Notes: a model not told the origin generated them from the sequence alone. A stretch of 63,806 bases of DNA, filler included, from Dicyema japonicum (GCA_011109175.1; 5 parts of 5 records of this genome joined end to end with filler, not necessarily neighbours in it), one strand, 5' to 3'; shown: positions 1 through 11,463, counted from the whole stretch's first letter. Translations and numbers: made by a program.

Positions 1-359
1 TTAATACTCCCCATGATTTTGTCAATAGCTGAGAGTTCAACTGTCATACATTCACTTTATCTTTCCAATGCTATGTCGATTCTGGTCGGTGATTTGAGTT
101 TATCTCTACCAGAGGCAAATCCTTAATTCTCTCAATACTATTCTTCTTAAAAACCTCTCCAGAGGTGGCCTTTTTGGTTGTATTAATCCTCTATGCAGGA
201 GCTTTTTAACAACAGGCACAACCACACCACAACAACGGTTTTTTTTATTTCTTTTATTGGCAACTATGGCAGGACTTGTGATAAAAAACCAATTAATACC
301 CTCTTTACTTTTCTTTGTTAATAAAGTCTGTTAAAAGTTAAAGTTAAAAAGGTTTCTCA

Positions 360-720
360 CCACTACTCCTTCCATAGCTCGGACTTTCATCTACGTTCTA
401 AGATCCTTCTTAAGGTTTATTCTGTGCTGCAACATCTCTCAACAATAGCATCTTATTAGGAAATTTTCCGTCCTTGTCTCAAACACATTTTTTATCGACA
501 GTACTATAAAATTTCATCTTCATCTAACTTCTGGTCGATCCTTGCTCTCATCGATTTTTAAAGAAGCTAGATAAAACGCTCCTTGTATGCAGTGTAATAC
601 CATCCATGGAGTGTTAGTATGATCGTACGTAAAATAAATAAATATATCCCCGTTTCCAGTCTCATTTTCCTCACACACAATAACGCATGCTGGGTGACCT
701 CGGAGACGGGAAAACCTCCA
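360..720 (-). mobile_element. Possible Tx1/L1-like LINE C-terminal remnant
   Basis: Stop-riddled frame with a C..C.E.ET pattern; a similar stretch lies at ~24980-25150. Weak. Confidence 0.3.
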
Positions 721-1044
721 TTAAATATTAAATAATAGAGGACTCAAAATTGATCCTTGTGAAACTCCTCTCTTTAATAATATTATATTTGAAAAATAGA
801 CTTTTTAAACTTTCCTTGTTAATAAAGTTTGTCAAAGTTGTTAAAGTTTCGAATTGGTAACATAACATCAATTTTTATTATAAACTGAACTAGGAGTTAG
901 ATAGATGATTTTATCATTGTCCTGCTATTATGGCCTGGACACTTCTCACGTCCCCCATCTTGTCAATTACTAGCGTTCTCTCACGAAAGCAGCGAATCCT
1001 GTTCAACACTATATTTCTTATTAGGAAGAGTATNGTATGAGGCC

Positions 1045-1200
1045 ACCACACAATATCAGAAAAACTTTAGTTTTGCAAGCATCAATTGATATGGTTGAAG
1101 CAATGTTTGGCGAATCTTATGCAAAACAATTACGGCAAATATCACTTTCTAATAACAAAGTCGCCATAGAATTGATGACATATCTGAAGATCTTGTGATC
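1045..1200 (+). mobile_element. hAT (Charlie/ZBED5-like) transposase fragment
   Basis: ASIDMVEAMFGESYAKQLRQISLSNN...IDDISEDL. Confidence 0.65.
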
Positions 1201-1292
1201 AGATTAATTTAATAAATAAAAAAATAAAATAAAAAATACCAAAGATCACAATAACAACAAATAATAATAACTTGTTCCTATTATGCTCTAGC

Positions 1293-1613
1293 CGCGTGGC
1301 GCCATGTGGTGGTTAATTGGTTGAAGTTTTTTGCTTGCTTGTCTGTTCCTCCTCTCTTTTCCTATTAGAGTGGCGTCATGTCATCCACCTGTCTAGGTGA
1401 CGCCCAGTGCCAGGCCGGCACGAAAAAGGATTATTTGCTCTTCTCCACTCCACTGGAGGGGTTTTCACAACTTCATGTAATGGACGTCTTACCTTTTATG
1501 CTGATTCCGGATGGAGTCTGTTTCTGTAGAAGTGGAAACTGGATACACTTAATTAGTTGTTTACTTTAACTTCTTTCTCGGTGTATCCGGGGTTAATAAA
1601 TAAAAATAAATAA
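1293..1613 (+). mobile_element. SINE-like retroposon family A, full copy with 13-bp TSD
   Basis: ATTATGCTCTAGC at 1280-1292 and 1614-1626. Degenerate tRNA-like head (GCCGCGTGGCGCCATGTGG...GGTTGAAGT; GGTTCAAGT in copy 2) and (TAAA)n tail. Other copies at 7949-8276, 19630-19934 and 59100-59264 (-), fragment at 54380-54432 (-). Confidence 0.85.
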
Positions 1614-1980
1614 ATTATGCTCTAGCAAAGAGCTCAACTTGGCCCGATGCTCCTCCATCGACCCCACGCAACTGGAACTTCGTAGTCATAAAAATAATTA
1701 TTATCATTAGTCATAATCGATAAACTGATAGGAAAATATTAATTATCAATTTATTTTTTTCATTATTTTTAGATAATTATTCAAAAAAATAAAAATGGAG
1801 GGGAAAATATTTTGATATATTGTGGGTTAAAGAATTTAGTGATGGACAACTCTCTAAATATCACTCAATACGACGCAANCTTGAACTTCGTAGTCATAAA
1901 AATTATTATTATTATTATTCATAATCGATAAACTGATAGGAAAATATAAATTATCAATTTATTTTTTTCATTATTTTTAG

Positions 1981-2864
1981 ATAATTATTCAAAAAAATAA
2001 AAATGGAGGGGAAAATATTTTGATATATTGTGGATTAAAGAATTTAGTGATGGACAACTCTTTAAATATTACTCAATACGACGCAACAGAATTAAACAGT
2101 CACGATATTGCCATAATTAACTCGTCTACTCTGACTGCCCTTGATATATTCTCAAATGGTTTTATTAATTTTAATATTGCAGGAGAATCAAGATGTCTTT
2201 TCTCCTTATTAAATCATTGCAGAACAGCTCAGGGGGAGAAATTGCTTGCCACATGGTTGAGGAATCCTCTCATGGATGCTGCTGCTATTCGTACTTAATT
2301 TTATTTATTCGAGAATCAAGACTATCCGTTGTTAATGACTTTGTTCAATGTCACTCCCTTAGAAAATATTTTTCGGATGATTTCTTAAAGCGCTTTCCTG
2401 ATTGTGATTTAATTTCTCACAAAATTGCACGTGGAACTGCAAACTTAGAAGTAAACAATTTTTGAGATTGTAGGACTGTTATAAACTGTATTCATGTCTC
2501 GAAAGGTGTCCAGAGGCAATAAAAAGACTGGAAGAATTCGATTCTCAGTATTTGCATTCCATAGCAGAAAATCTTCAACAGTTAGTGGACGATTTTAGCG
2601 GATTTATTAAAATGGTGGAAGAAGTCGTTGATTTGGAGGCGGTGGAGACTAAAAACGAGTTCCTGGTGAGAGAATCCTATGATCCGTCTCTCCCAAGTAA
2701 TCTAGCTTGTTGACTCAGAAATCGGACGAAAAATCGCAGAACTGGAAGTAGAAATAGAACGTGAAGGTGAAAGAATGGCATTTAAGCTTGACTTGGATAA
2801 CAAAAAAACAGTAAAAGTTGAAAACACACAACACCACGGAATGATATTCAGAATTCCTCGAAAA
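1981..2864 (+). CDS. MSH2: MutS homolog 2, internal part only (5' exons not identified; 3' end cut by the linker at 2880)
   Basis: Removing GT-AG introns 2159-2182 (24 nt), 2291-2313 (23), 2451-2473 (23) and 2697-2718 (22) gives ...LFSLLNHCRTAQGEKLLATWLRNPLMDAAAIQSRL...FLKRFPDC...ANLEDCYKLY...MVEEVVDLEAVETKNEFLVRESYDPSL..., collinear with the MSH2 lever region as I recall it (SLFGLLNKCRT.QG.RLL..W..QPL.D; ANLQDCYRLY; EFLVKPSFDP). Confidence 0.9.
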
Positions 2865-2879
2865 GTGCTGTTTATTAGT

Positions 2880-2979
2880 NNNNNNNNNNNNNNNNNNNNN
2901 NNNNNNNNNNNNNNNNNNNNNNNTTAATTAATTAANNNNNNNNNNNNNNNNNNNNNNNNNNNNNNNNNNNNNNNNNNNN
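2880..2979. other. Artificial scaffold linker (N44-TTAATTAATTAA-N44); also at 9242-9341, 32414-32513 and 59436-59535
   Basis: Four identical 100-bp blocks; the 12-mer places a stop in all six frames. Confidence 0.97.
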
Positions 2980-3289
2980 GACCATACACAATGAATACAA
3001 ACCCACTTAATTAGTTTTGGTTCAGTTTTGGGGTTTGTTAGAAAATAAAATTTGTCTTGTCTTGTCGGATTTGCTACAAAGTAACCTTATATCTCGGTTC
3101 TTTTCCTTGGGGATTTAACATCTCTACTTTACTCCTGGATTTTACTTTTCTATTTTCCTTGGGGATTTAACTTATCTCTATTTTGTTTCTCTTGAGACAA
3201 AACTTTGTGGTTGTTAATGTTTTCAAGTGATAAATTTGTCTCTTCAACCCGGACGGTATCAACGCCCCGGGTTCTTATGACATACGACA

Positions 3290-3740
3290 ATAATTAATTA
3301 AAAATTCAAAAGTGCGAGAAGAGGATCAATGTATTAAAATGTTTATCTTGAATATGGTACCCAATCGGTCTTGATGAACATTTACAAGCAATACATCGAA
3401 CCATGCTTCTCGTACGCGTGTGCTTCGTGGGGACCTTCATTATCATGGACGAAAACTAAGAAAATCGAGGACGTTCAAAAGAAGGCTTTCAGAATGACGG
3501 AGCGGTGGTCTTGTGGGAGACACAGAACCGGACCGACTACTCTGGAGGCCCTCATTAAACAAAACTCCGGCATGCGGGAAGGTGACCCTGCAAATACAGT
3601 CAGCCGCCCTGTACGAGCTTGTGTGGGTACGAGGGATGAGCATCGGGAAAGAATGAGGATTTTGGCGGAGCGCATCGGGATCACGTGATAGTTAGTTGGT
3701 TTTACCGTGGTCTTGGGTGTTAAATAAATAAAAATAAATA
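3290..3740 (+). mobile_element. Jockey/I-like LINE 3' end with (TAAA)n tail
   Basis: YKQYIEPCFSYACASW...IEDVQKKAFRM...RPVRACVGT...ERIGIT*, then ACCGTGGTCTTGGGTGTTAAATAAATAAAAATAA. Related tails at 8276-8325, 33400-33620, 49775-49990 and 51700-51890. Confidence 0.75.
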
Positions 3741-6124
3741 AAATTTTATTCTGAAATCTGCCAATTCTCAAATTTGCCACAATTTCGCTGGAACCAAAAA
3801 TGGCAAATTTGAGAGAGTTTATTTATCATCTCCTAGAGGTATTAATAATTTATATACTCAAAGAGCTTTCAGGAGATTCAAAAATAATTAAAATATGACG
3901 TGCAAGATAATCTTAAATATAATAAAGTGAGTATCATTGATAATGACAGGCAAAATGACAGGTGATAGTAACCAATCCAGCATGTCACATATGTTCGGAA
4001 GGCAGAGAAACTCACAGAGGAATCACCTTCTTACAGACAGGTATTAATCCTATGGGCAGTTTCAAGAATTCTCTAAAGCAGTATTTCTCAACAAAGGGCG
4101 ATTCGAACCTCAGGGGGGAAATTTTACAAAACGCAAGCATCCTCGATCACTAGGAAAATATATTAAATTTTTTTAAAATTCAAATGCAAAACTATAAAAA
4201 ATAAAAATAACTTTATTAGTACCTACAAATCCTCAAAATATTAAGGGTTTGTGTATTCATATAAAGTTGGAGAAATTGTTATTTTAAAAGTCATTGAAAA
4301 TCGACACAACAAGATTTCCTTCTTTCAACGAATTTGAATCATACCTCAATACTCATATGGTCATGATCGGAAAATATCGTGATTTATGTATTTTTAAAAA
4401 TTTAAAAGTTTGCGCTAAATGTCTGTAGTAAAAAGTATATTGGTTTTAAAGCAGAAAATTGTTGAAAATTTTTTAATTTTAATATTATCGTCGTATGTAC
4501 TCACATTCCGGAATTTGCTCCCATATTCCTCGAAAACCCAATATGAAGTGTGAAAAATTATATTTATTACATGTTATTTCTAGGCCCTGTTCCTCGCGGG
4601 GCATTTTACGTGCTTATGGCAACGCGGGAGTGCTATTAACTTATTTCTAGGTGAGTTGTCTCTCACCGAATTATTATGAGGGGAAATAATTATCTACATG
4701 GTNNNNNNNNNNNNNNNNNNNNNNNNNNNNNNNNNNNNNNNNNNNNNNNNNNNNNNNNNNNNNNNNNNNNNNNNNNNNNNNNNNNNNNNNNNNNNNNNNN
4801 NNNNNNNNNNNNNNNNNNNNNNNNNNNNNNNNNNNNNNNNNNNNNNNNNNNNNNNNNNNNNNNNNNNNNNNNNNNNNNNNNNNNNNNNNNNNNNNNNNNN
4901 NNNNNNNNNNNNNNNNNNNNNNNNNNNNNNNNNNNNNNNNNNNNNNNNNNNNNNNNNNNNNNNNNNNNNNNNNNNNNNNNNNNNNNNNNNNNNNNNNNNN
5001 NNNNNNNNNNNNNNNNNNNNNNNNNNNNNNNNNNNNNNNNNNNNNNNNNNNNNNNNNNNNNNNNNNNNNNNNNNNAAATAGTTAAATGTCCATAGTCAGG
5101 TTTGGAAGGATCCCTAGTGGAAGTTGACAATTGATCTCTGACTCCTTCAATTCCATCTTCTTCACTGATAAAGGCATATCCAATATCAAGAAAGGCATCG
5201 AAGTGAGGGATAAATGTAAAAGATGGGCAGTCCACTAAATTTTCCGAAAAGCTCAGTGAATGAATCTCTAAATATGGAAAGTGTTGAGGCTTTGAATGCC
5301 CAAATCAAGGAGGTACGCTCCATATCACGGAATGCTAGGGTTCCTACTCGAAAGATCCAGTTCAAATTGGTTAAAGCTTAATGGATTTGGACGCTTCGAT
5401 AGCCAATTATACTGCCTTGCATACCAATTCTGATCTTAAACAGACAACGACATAGTTAATGCAAGACTGCTGGCAGATGACCTAACATGGAGGGCCACAA
5501 AGCAAACTTGTGGAAAGAATGTAAAATAAAAGGAGAAAGGTCTAAAATCTCTTCTAAAAGAAGAAAGGTCTAAAATCTATTAGTAATTTTGATTTAATTG
5601 TGTTTTTCGTAAAAATAAAACTCGGTCTTAGTAAGATTATCATTAACAACAAAAACGAAAAATTAAATAAGAGCATGGTTATTTCCTCTCTGATTGAGAA
5701 GAAAATACTAATGAATATCCAGTAGCGTTCGCAAAGGTTCTCTGACCGGGATGAGATAATGTTTTCTAGTCTTTTGAAAATGTTGCAAGACAAGTGTCCG
5801 AGGCTTCACAGGGAGATGAACAAGCGTCACTAAGGAGGTCAGCATATTTCTAACATTTCAATGTTTCAGCTGAACACGCATTGGCATCTCTATGAAAGAG
5901 ATTGTTCTAAGCGAAAGTGTTCCTACACGTGACACCCAAGATCAGGGTCATCACAGCCACGAAAGGAAAGATACTTATTCCACCCAGATGTTTACAGTCG
6001 TATTTACACATACCGACGGGTTCGAGCACAGAAAAGTCATCCTTGTGATCCCGACTTGATATCAGAATATCCCTTCAACTTAATTTTTAGCTGAAACATA
6101 AAAATCCATAGTTATAGTTAAGAG

Positions 6125-6530
6125 TTAGTCGGCAAGATCAGCATCTTCGAATCTCTTGAAAAAATTCCCAAATATATGAGATAACTGCTGTTTGTGCATT
6201 CGATAGTCGAAAGTACTTGCATTTTTCGTGTTTTGTATCCACGCCTTTTTCTCAGAACACGCATTTTGGCATGTTAACTATGAGATTCCACCACAATTAA
6301 CCTTCTCATCCTTCGCTAGCAGTTTGACTTTGTCTGGTTGAGACAAATATCCGGCCATTCGAGTTATTATCGCCTCCAGGTCGAGTTTTGATTCTAACCA
6401 TAAGTCTCTGCTTACCCTGCCAGTCTAAAAAGTCCACACATTCCTCGTGGCCGTACCTTTTGGCAATTTCACGTGGTCTTTCGTTGTTGAACGTCTTGAA
6501 AATATCCCCTCCCATCTCGACTATTTTTAT
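6125..6530 (-). CDS. ANKRD45: Ankyrin repeat domain protein 45-like, 3' exons only
   Basis: Minus strand with introns 6394-6415 (22 nt) and 6278-6301 (24 nt) removed reads IVEMGGDIFKTFNNERPREIAKRYGHEECVDFLDWQESKLDLEAIITRMAGYLSQPDKVKLLAKDEKLTCQNACSEKKAWIQNTKNASTFDYRMHKQQLSHIFGNFFKRFEDADLAD*. This matches the recalled ANKRD45 C-terminus (ERARDVAARYSQTECVEFLDW...SACRAKNEWLE...QQLEDI). Confidence 0.75.
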
Positions 6531-6559
6531 TCTGGACAAATCGAACCCTCATTGTTACG

Positions 6560-7550
6560 CCTATCGGAGAGTCGGAAAGGTAGACGGATTCCGGTAGACG
6601 GATTCCACTGAGGATACCAAAGGCCGCTCGAATTTCCGCTGCTGATGCCTCACGTCATTAATTTATAAAGCCATCAGTACCAGCGACCAGGCTTTTTGGA
6701 TACGTCTACTGAGCTTTGCACCTATGACGCTAGGAATTTTTGCCTCAGAGCAAGCTGGCAACTGATCACTGGCTTCAAAAATCAAGAATACTTCTGCCTT
6801 TTGGCCACTTCAACGCAGCAAGACTCAGGAATCAAGCCTGAGCAAGTTCTTCGGCGTAAACAGTTGTCTACCGAAGCTGGGTGTAAACAGGAAGATTTTA
6901 AAACATTTCAAGAGAGAATGAACCGAAAACTGATAGAAGGGGACATTCGCGCAGCTGTAAGAGTAGTGTCTTGTGACGAATAACTTTTGAAGCCGTGAAG
7001 TTTTGGAATTACTGAGAAGGAAGCACCTTGCTCCACCACCGAAACTTGACAATGCCTGAAGACCTCCAGGCATTTACTCCCATGGAATTTGAAGTAGTGC
7101 GTGGAATAAAGTCTTTTGCTCCCAGTAGCTGTGGAGGTCTGGACGGACTGCGCCCAAGCCATGTAAAGGACTTAACTTCCGAAGCTACTGCTGAAGCCGG
7201 CCGTGCCTTGTTAACGTCTATCACTTTGCGCTCACTCGAATAGTTAATGGAGATATTCCAAAATTTGCTAGAGATCTTCTTTTTTTGTAGACATCTATTG
7301 GCATTTCGAAAAGGAGATGGAGGTCCGCCCAATTGCGATCGGTACATACATTCGAAGGCTTGCTGCTAAAATCGCTGCCCGGAGAGTATACCACAATATT
7401 GCTGAAGAGCTGTTCCCGACTCAACTTGGGGTGGGAGTGACCGGTGGTTGCGAGGCAGCAGTTCACGCCGTGAGGAGTTACTTCAACAACAATAATTCCC
7501 AGATCCAAAGGCTAAGCCTGAATCTTGATATATCAAATGCCTTCAACTCG
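6560..7550 (+). mobile_element. Degenerate CRE-like retrotransposon: pre-RT region and RT N-terminal half
   Basis: Frameshifted motifs RIPKAARISAADA, WIRLLSFA, KLIEGDIRAAVR, SSCGGLDGLRPSH, FRKGDGEVRPIAIGTYIRRLAAK, PTQLGVGVTGGCEAAVHAVR and LDISNAFNS, typical of CRE-clade RT. Confidence 0.8.
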
Positions 7551-7900
7551 CGAAGCTTTTTCAAAATGCCGTCCGAAATCTTATACAAGAGAACCGGAAC
7601 TAAGCCAATATCATGTGATATTACTGATTCAAGGTGGAGGCTCTCTGGACACATACTCCGCCACGATATGGGGACCCCTGCCAACATAGCAATCGAAAAG
7701 TATTTTGTCTTAGAAGCTTTTCGTTTCCGCGGCCGGTTATTCTAGATGAAGATTTCAAGAAAATTGGAAAGTGCCTTAAAGATGGGGACAATCTAGATAT
7801 GCTACGGAACATGGCATCGGATCGAAAAAGATGGGCGACGTTAATTAGATTGTTAACTTTTCGTGTTGCACATACTTTGTCATGATCTTGGCATCGCGTA
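7550..7900 (+). mobile_element. RTE-clade LINE 3' end fragment
   Basis: LYKRTGTKPIS...RWRLSGHILRH...PANIA...RGR...LDMLRNMASDRKRW. Homologous to the minus-strand copy near 41640-42020. Confidence 0.75.
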
Positions 7901-7948
7901 CGTGCCTATAATAATAATCATCTACCACATTCATCACGTAACTTTCAT

Positions 7949-8276
7949 GCGTGGCGCCATGTGATGCTACGTTGCTAATTGGTTCAAGTTTCTGTTTGAT
8001 CGTCTGTTACTCCTCTCTCTTCCTATTAGAGTGCCGTCATGTGATCCACCTGTCTAAGTGACGCCCAGTGCCTGGCCGGCACGAAAAAGGATAATTTGCT
8101 CTTTCCCACTCCATTGGAGGGGTTTCCACAACTGCAACTATGGACGTCTTTCACCCTTTATGCTGATTCCAGATGGACTCTGTTTCTGTGGAAGTGGTAA
8201 CTGGATACACTTAATTAGTTGTTTACTTTAACTTCTTTCTCGGTGTATCCGGGGTTAATAAATAAATTAAATAAAT
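7949..8276 (+). mobile_element. SINE-like family A, copy 2
   Basis: Same 5' start and TAAA tail as 1293-1613. Confidence 0.85.
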
Positions 8277-8825
8277 CACGTGATTAGTTAGTTTGTGTAA
8301 CCGTGGTCTCTGGTGTTATTATTATTATACCTCCTTCCAAGGTAGCATAGTGGTTTGTAATGTTGCGCGAATCGCGATTAAGTAGGAGTTCTATTTTCAT
8401 ACCATCTGCACCTGGTTGAAGAATTCCGTTATGCTCTGTGTTTTTTTAAATCTTATAGGTGTTTTCTACCTTTCTCAGGATACGCCAAATAAGGCATCAT
8501 AAATCCAGAATTCCGAATATGGATGGATGTGATGTTTGGAAGGGCTGTGTTTTACTTCGATCGTGGGAAAGTTTATAAACTTTACTAAAAATCTTGATTT
8601 ATTGCTAAAATTGGAAATTAATCTAATTCACCCTTTTTCATTTGTATTTCCTTCCATTCCTAGTAAAGATTTACATCAATTCCTTTTCATGGATCTCTTA
8701 CAGAGATGGTTACATGAGATGCTTAGCTACGTACGTCGAGAGACAGACTTTTGGGTTTTTACATTCACTTGCATGTGAATATTCATATCCACGTAAATCT
8801 ATTTCAAGTAATCCTTGTGAATTAC

Positions 8826-9241
8826 GTTAAAGTTTGAATAATTCCATAATATCGTAAACAGGAACGGCCCAAATAGTCTCCATCGGGTCTTGTAATAATT
8901 GTATTTAAGTGCTCCGATTTGCAAGCAGTGGATAGGTCTTGGAGCTTGATCACCATCGGATAGTGTATTCCTAGTAGAGTCCTTAGTTGTTTTTTGTGAA
9001 AAGAATTCAAGCTATCAACACGTATCTGAGTTAGTCCCTACGTTCCCGAGTTGTAGAGCAGTATGGGTAAGACGAAAGAATTGTATAGTCGCACTTTTAC
9101 TGGACGTGAGACATGTACGTATCTAAGCCATGTCGATTTTAGTCTCTTCAATGCTATTGGTGACAACGTCTTCCGGTCGCCTAGCAAGACCCGACTTTTT
9201 TCTCTTCTCCATATCTTATTGGTAAGTTTGTTTCCTCGTTT
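8826..9241 (-). mobile_element. RTE-clade LINE fragment (post-RT region)
   Basis: Minus strand: DVTNSIEETKIDMA*I...VRLYNSF...NSFHKKQLRTLLGIHYPMVI. Same family as 21030 and 41640. Confidence 0.7.
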
Positions 9242-9341
9242 NNNNNNNNNNNNNNNNNNNNNNNNNNNNNNNNNNNNNNNNNNNNTTAATTAATTAANNN
9301 NNNNNNNNNNNNNNNNNNNNNNNNNNNNNNNNNNNNNNNNN

Positions 9342-9480
9342 GGGACATAACAGAGTTAATTTATGCGGATGATGTAGACTTTGTGTCTACTGACCAAGAA
9401 ATACTTGATCAAATTTTACTTCAAGCCGAACGTATTTTTAAGAATTGGGATTTACGCATAAACATTAAAAAAACTTATTA
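9342..9480 (+). mobile_element. RTE RT fragment containing the YADD motif
   Basis: ELIYADDVDFVSTDQEIL...WDLRINIKKT. Confidence 0.75.
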
Positions 9481-9499
9481 AAGGTTAGTTGTAGCTGTT

Positions 9500-9760
9500 G
9501 AGAGTTCTTCGGCTATCAAATGTGTCACATGGCGTGGATGTAAGAATTGGCGGGGGTTATGGATGAAAAGAGAGATGTGGGCGGTTTGGTTGTATTTTAG
9601 ATGTTGGAATCCGTGGAGACCTTTGATTGATCAGTTAATGTTCAGGAAGTGGAGGAAGAATATAATGAGTTGATGAAGGAGGAGCTATTGATGCCTTCTG
9701 TTGAGGATCTGCCTGCACCAACGTGCGACTTGGAGAAGGAACTTGTGGCTCAGATGGAAT
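9500..9760 (+). pseudogene. Possible Snf7/ESCRT-III (CHMP) C-terminal gene fragment
   Basis: ELAGVMDEKRD [24-nt GT-AG intron] MLESVETFD*SVNVQEVEEEYNELMKEELLMPSVEDLPAPTCDL resembles the acidic Snf7 tail. Contains an in-frame stop and an upstream frameshift. Confidence 0.4.
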
Positions 9761-9825
9761 AAAATTTAATATTGCAGATATTTTTGTATCTAAATGACTT
9801 GTGATTGTGTTGTTCTACTTAGTCC

Positions 9826-10555
9826 GCGTGGTTGTTTGTGTGTGTAACCCAGACATTGATGCGTGTGATGATACTTTGTGCCAAACATTGGGTTTATAAT
9901 GTCTCATAAGTCCATTAATAAGGAACGGTAAGTTAGGTGCCACCACAAGAAGATGAAGACGTGAAGTTCAGTAAAAATACGCATAGTGGTACTAAGTTAG
10001 TAACCACCTCAACCTTCAGATCACTAAGCTCGTATTTTGATAGAACCCTTGTGTAATTTAGAGTATTAATAGGAATGAATATTCCCAGATACACCACACA
10101 CCTCACTGTTATACTTTATTAGTACATTTACTTTGAAATAAAATTCCTGACACTTTTTTGTGTAAAATAATGAGAACAATTAGAAAGTAATTGTTTTATT
10201 CCGGTTGACTTTATTGATGAGGCGTTTCCTCTATGGACTGTTATGGAGACCAACTGGATGAGCCATTCCGTTTCACGGTCATCGTGTCTTCTAAGCGAGG
10301 CCATACGTCCGAATTTCTTTAGGAAGATCAGGGATTTGAAACTTATTGCTGCGGTTGATTTGACAAAAATCGCATAGGAAGGTTATCGATCGAGGAGTCC
10401 TTTGTACTTGTTTTCTCGGCTTTCTCTGAGGCAAAAATGCCTTTATCACATTCTCGATGATGTTGGTGGAGGGGAGAGAGTCGACACATTTGAAACCATT
10501 TAACGGTTTCCACTTTTCGAACGAAAAATTCTTATTCCCACTAGTCTCTTTCCGC
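9826..10555. repeat. Composite module, copy A
   Basis: Aligns by eye with 23770-24500 and 31050-31790. Confidence 0.8.
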
Positions 10556-10729
10556 CTTCTGAGTACCGAAACGCTCTTAGCCCTGAAAACGATCTCAGAA
10601 TTGCACTAAAGAAAAAAAACCACGTTTCAAAGAATTAATTAAAACTAAAAAGCATGTAAAGTCTCAAGGAATCTAACTATTTTTTGAATATAATACGAAT
10701 ACTGTTAGATTTAATGTCGGGGGTGCGAG

Positions 10730-10792
10730 GTTGGTTTTTAAAATTTTTGGGGGTGCGAACTTAAAACGAATCGGGAAGCGCTGACATAGTGC
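10730..10792 (-). mobile_element. hAT-like terminal fragment (also at ~31925-32012)
   Basis: Reverse complement starts CAGCGCTTCCCGATTCG...TTCGCACCCCC, resembling Charlie-type TIR ends. Confidence 0.5.
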
Positions 10793-11463
10793 CACTGAAT
10801 ATAAAAAAGAGCAAGTCTTTCCTTTATATTAGTCATAAAAATTCATGGGGTTGCTCCCTTTCTTTCATGATCTTTGACGCTGCTCTGTATTGATTAAAAC
10901 AAAAATTCTAATCTTATTCGTCCCTGATAATAATGCAACTGAAAGTGATAATAAGGAAAGCGTTGGAACTGCATGACCTATGGATGAGCTACAAGGTAGA
11001 CATAGCACTAATCGGGAATTACCTGGAATATCGTGTTTTAATTGTCCTGAGTTCGATTCCCTCGTTTACTATATAATCAAAAATTTCTCCTCTCTGCTCC
11101 CTTTCTTTCCCTGTTCGTGTACTTCAACTGTATATCATTACAATGCTAGGAAGAACTTTGGAACAAGAGTTGGTTCAGTAGAGACTATATATTTTTGATT
11201 TCCTACGTTCCAGCTAACTATCTATCTTCTACGCATAAAAACTGGAGAAATAAAAAAAATATTAATAGAAGATATATTCAACTACAGAGATAATTTGAAT
11301 TGGAGACAGTTTTGCTGCACTATAGAGATATAGAAAATTAGACCATTTTTTTAATTTTAAAGAGCAACCCATGCGCACATTATTCAGTTTGAGTTTTTGA
11401 ATATGGATTTGATTTCAAAAAGATCTAATTATAATCTTATTTATGTCTACTTGAAAAGTTTCC

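Noticed and set aside
4676-5235. Long ORFs in the supplied track that span N gaps (also 12066-12695, 32462-32866, 42410-42730)
   Set aside because: They consist mostly of X from assembly gaps and are not evidence of genes.
10604-10620. CACTAAAGAAAA as a CACTA/EnSpm terminal repeat (also ~31832, 38529)
   Set aside because: No matching inverted end or transposase found; too short to support.
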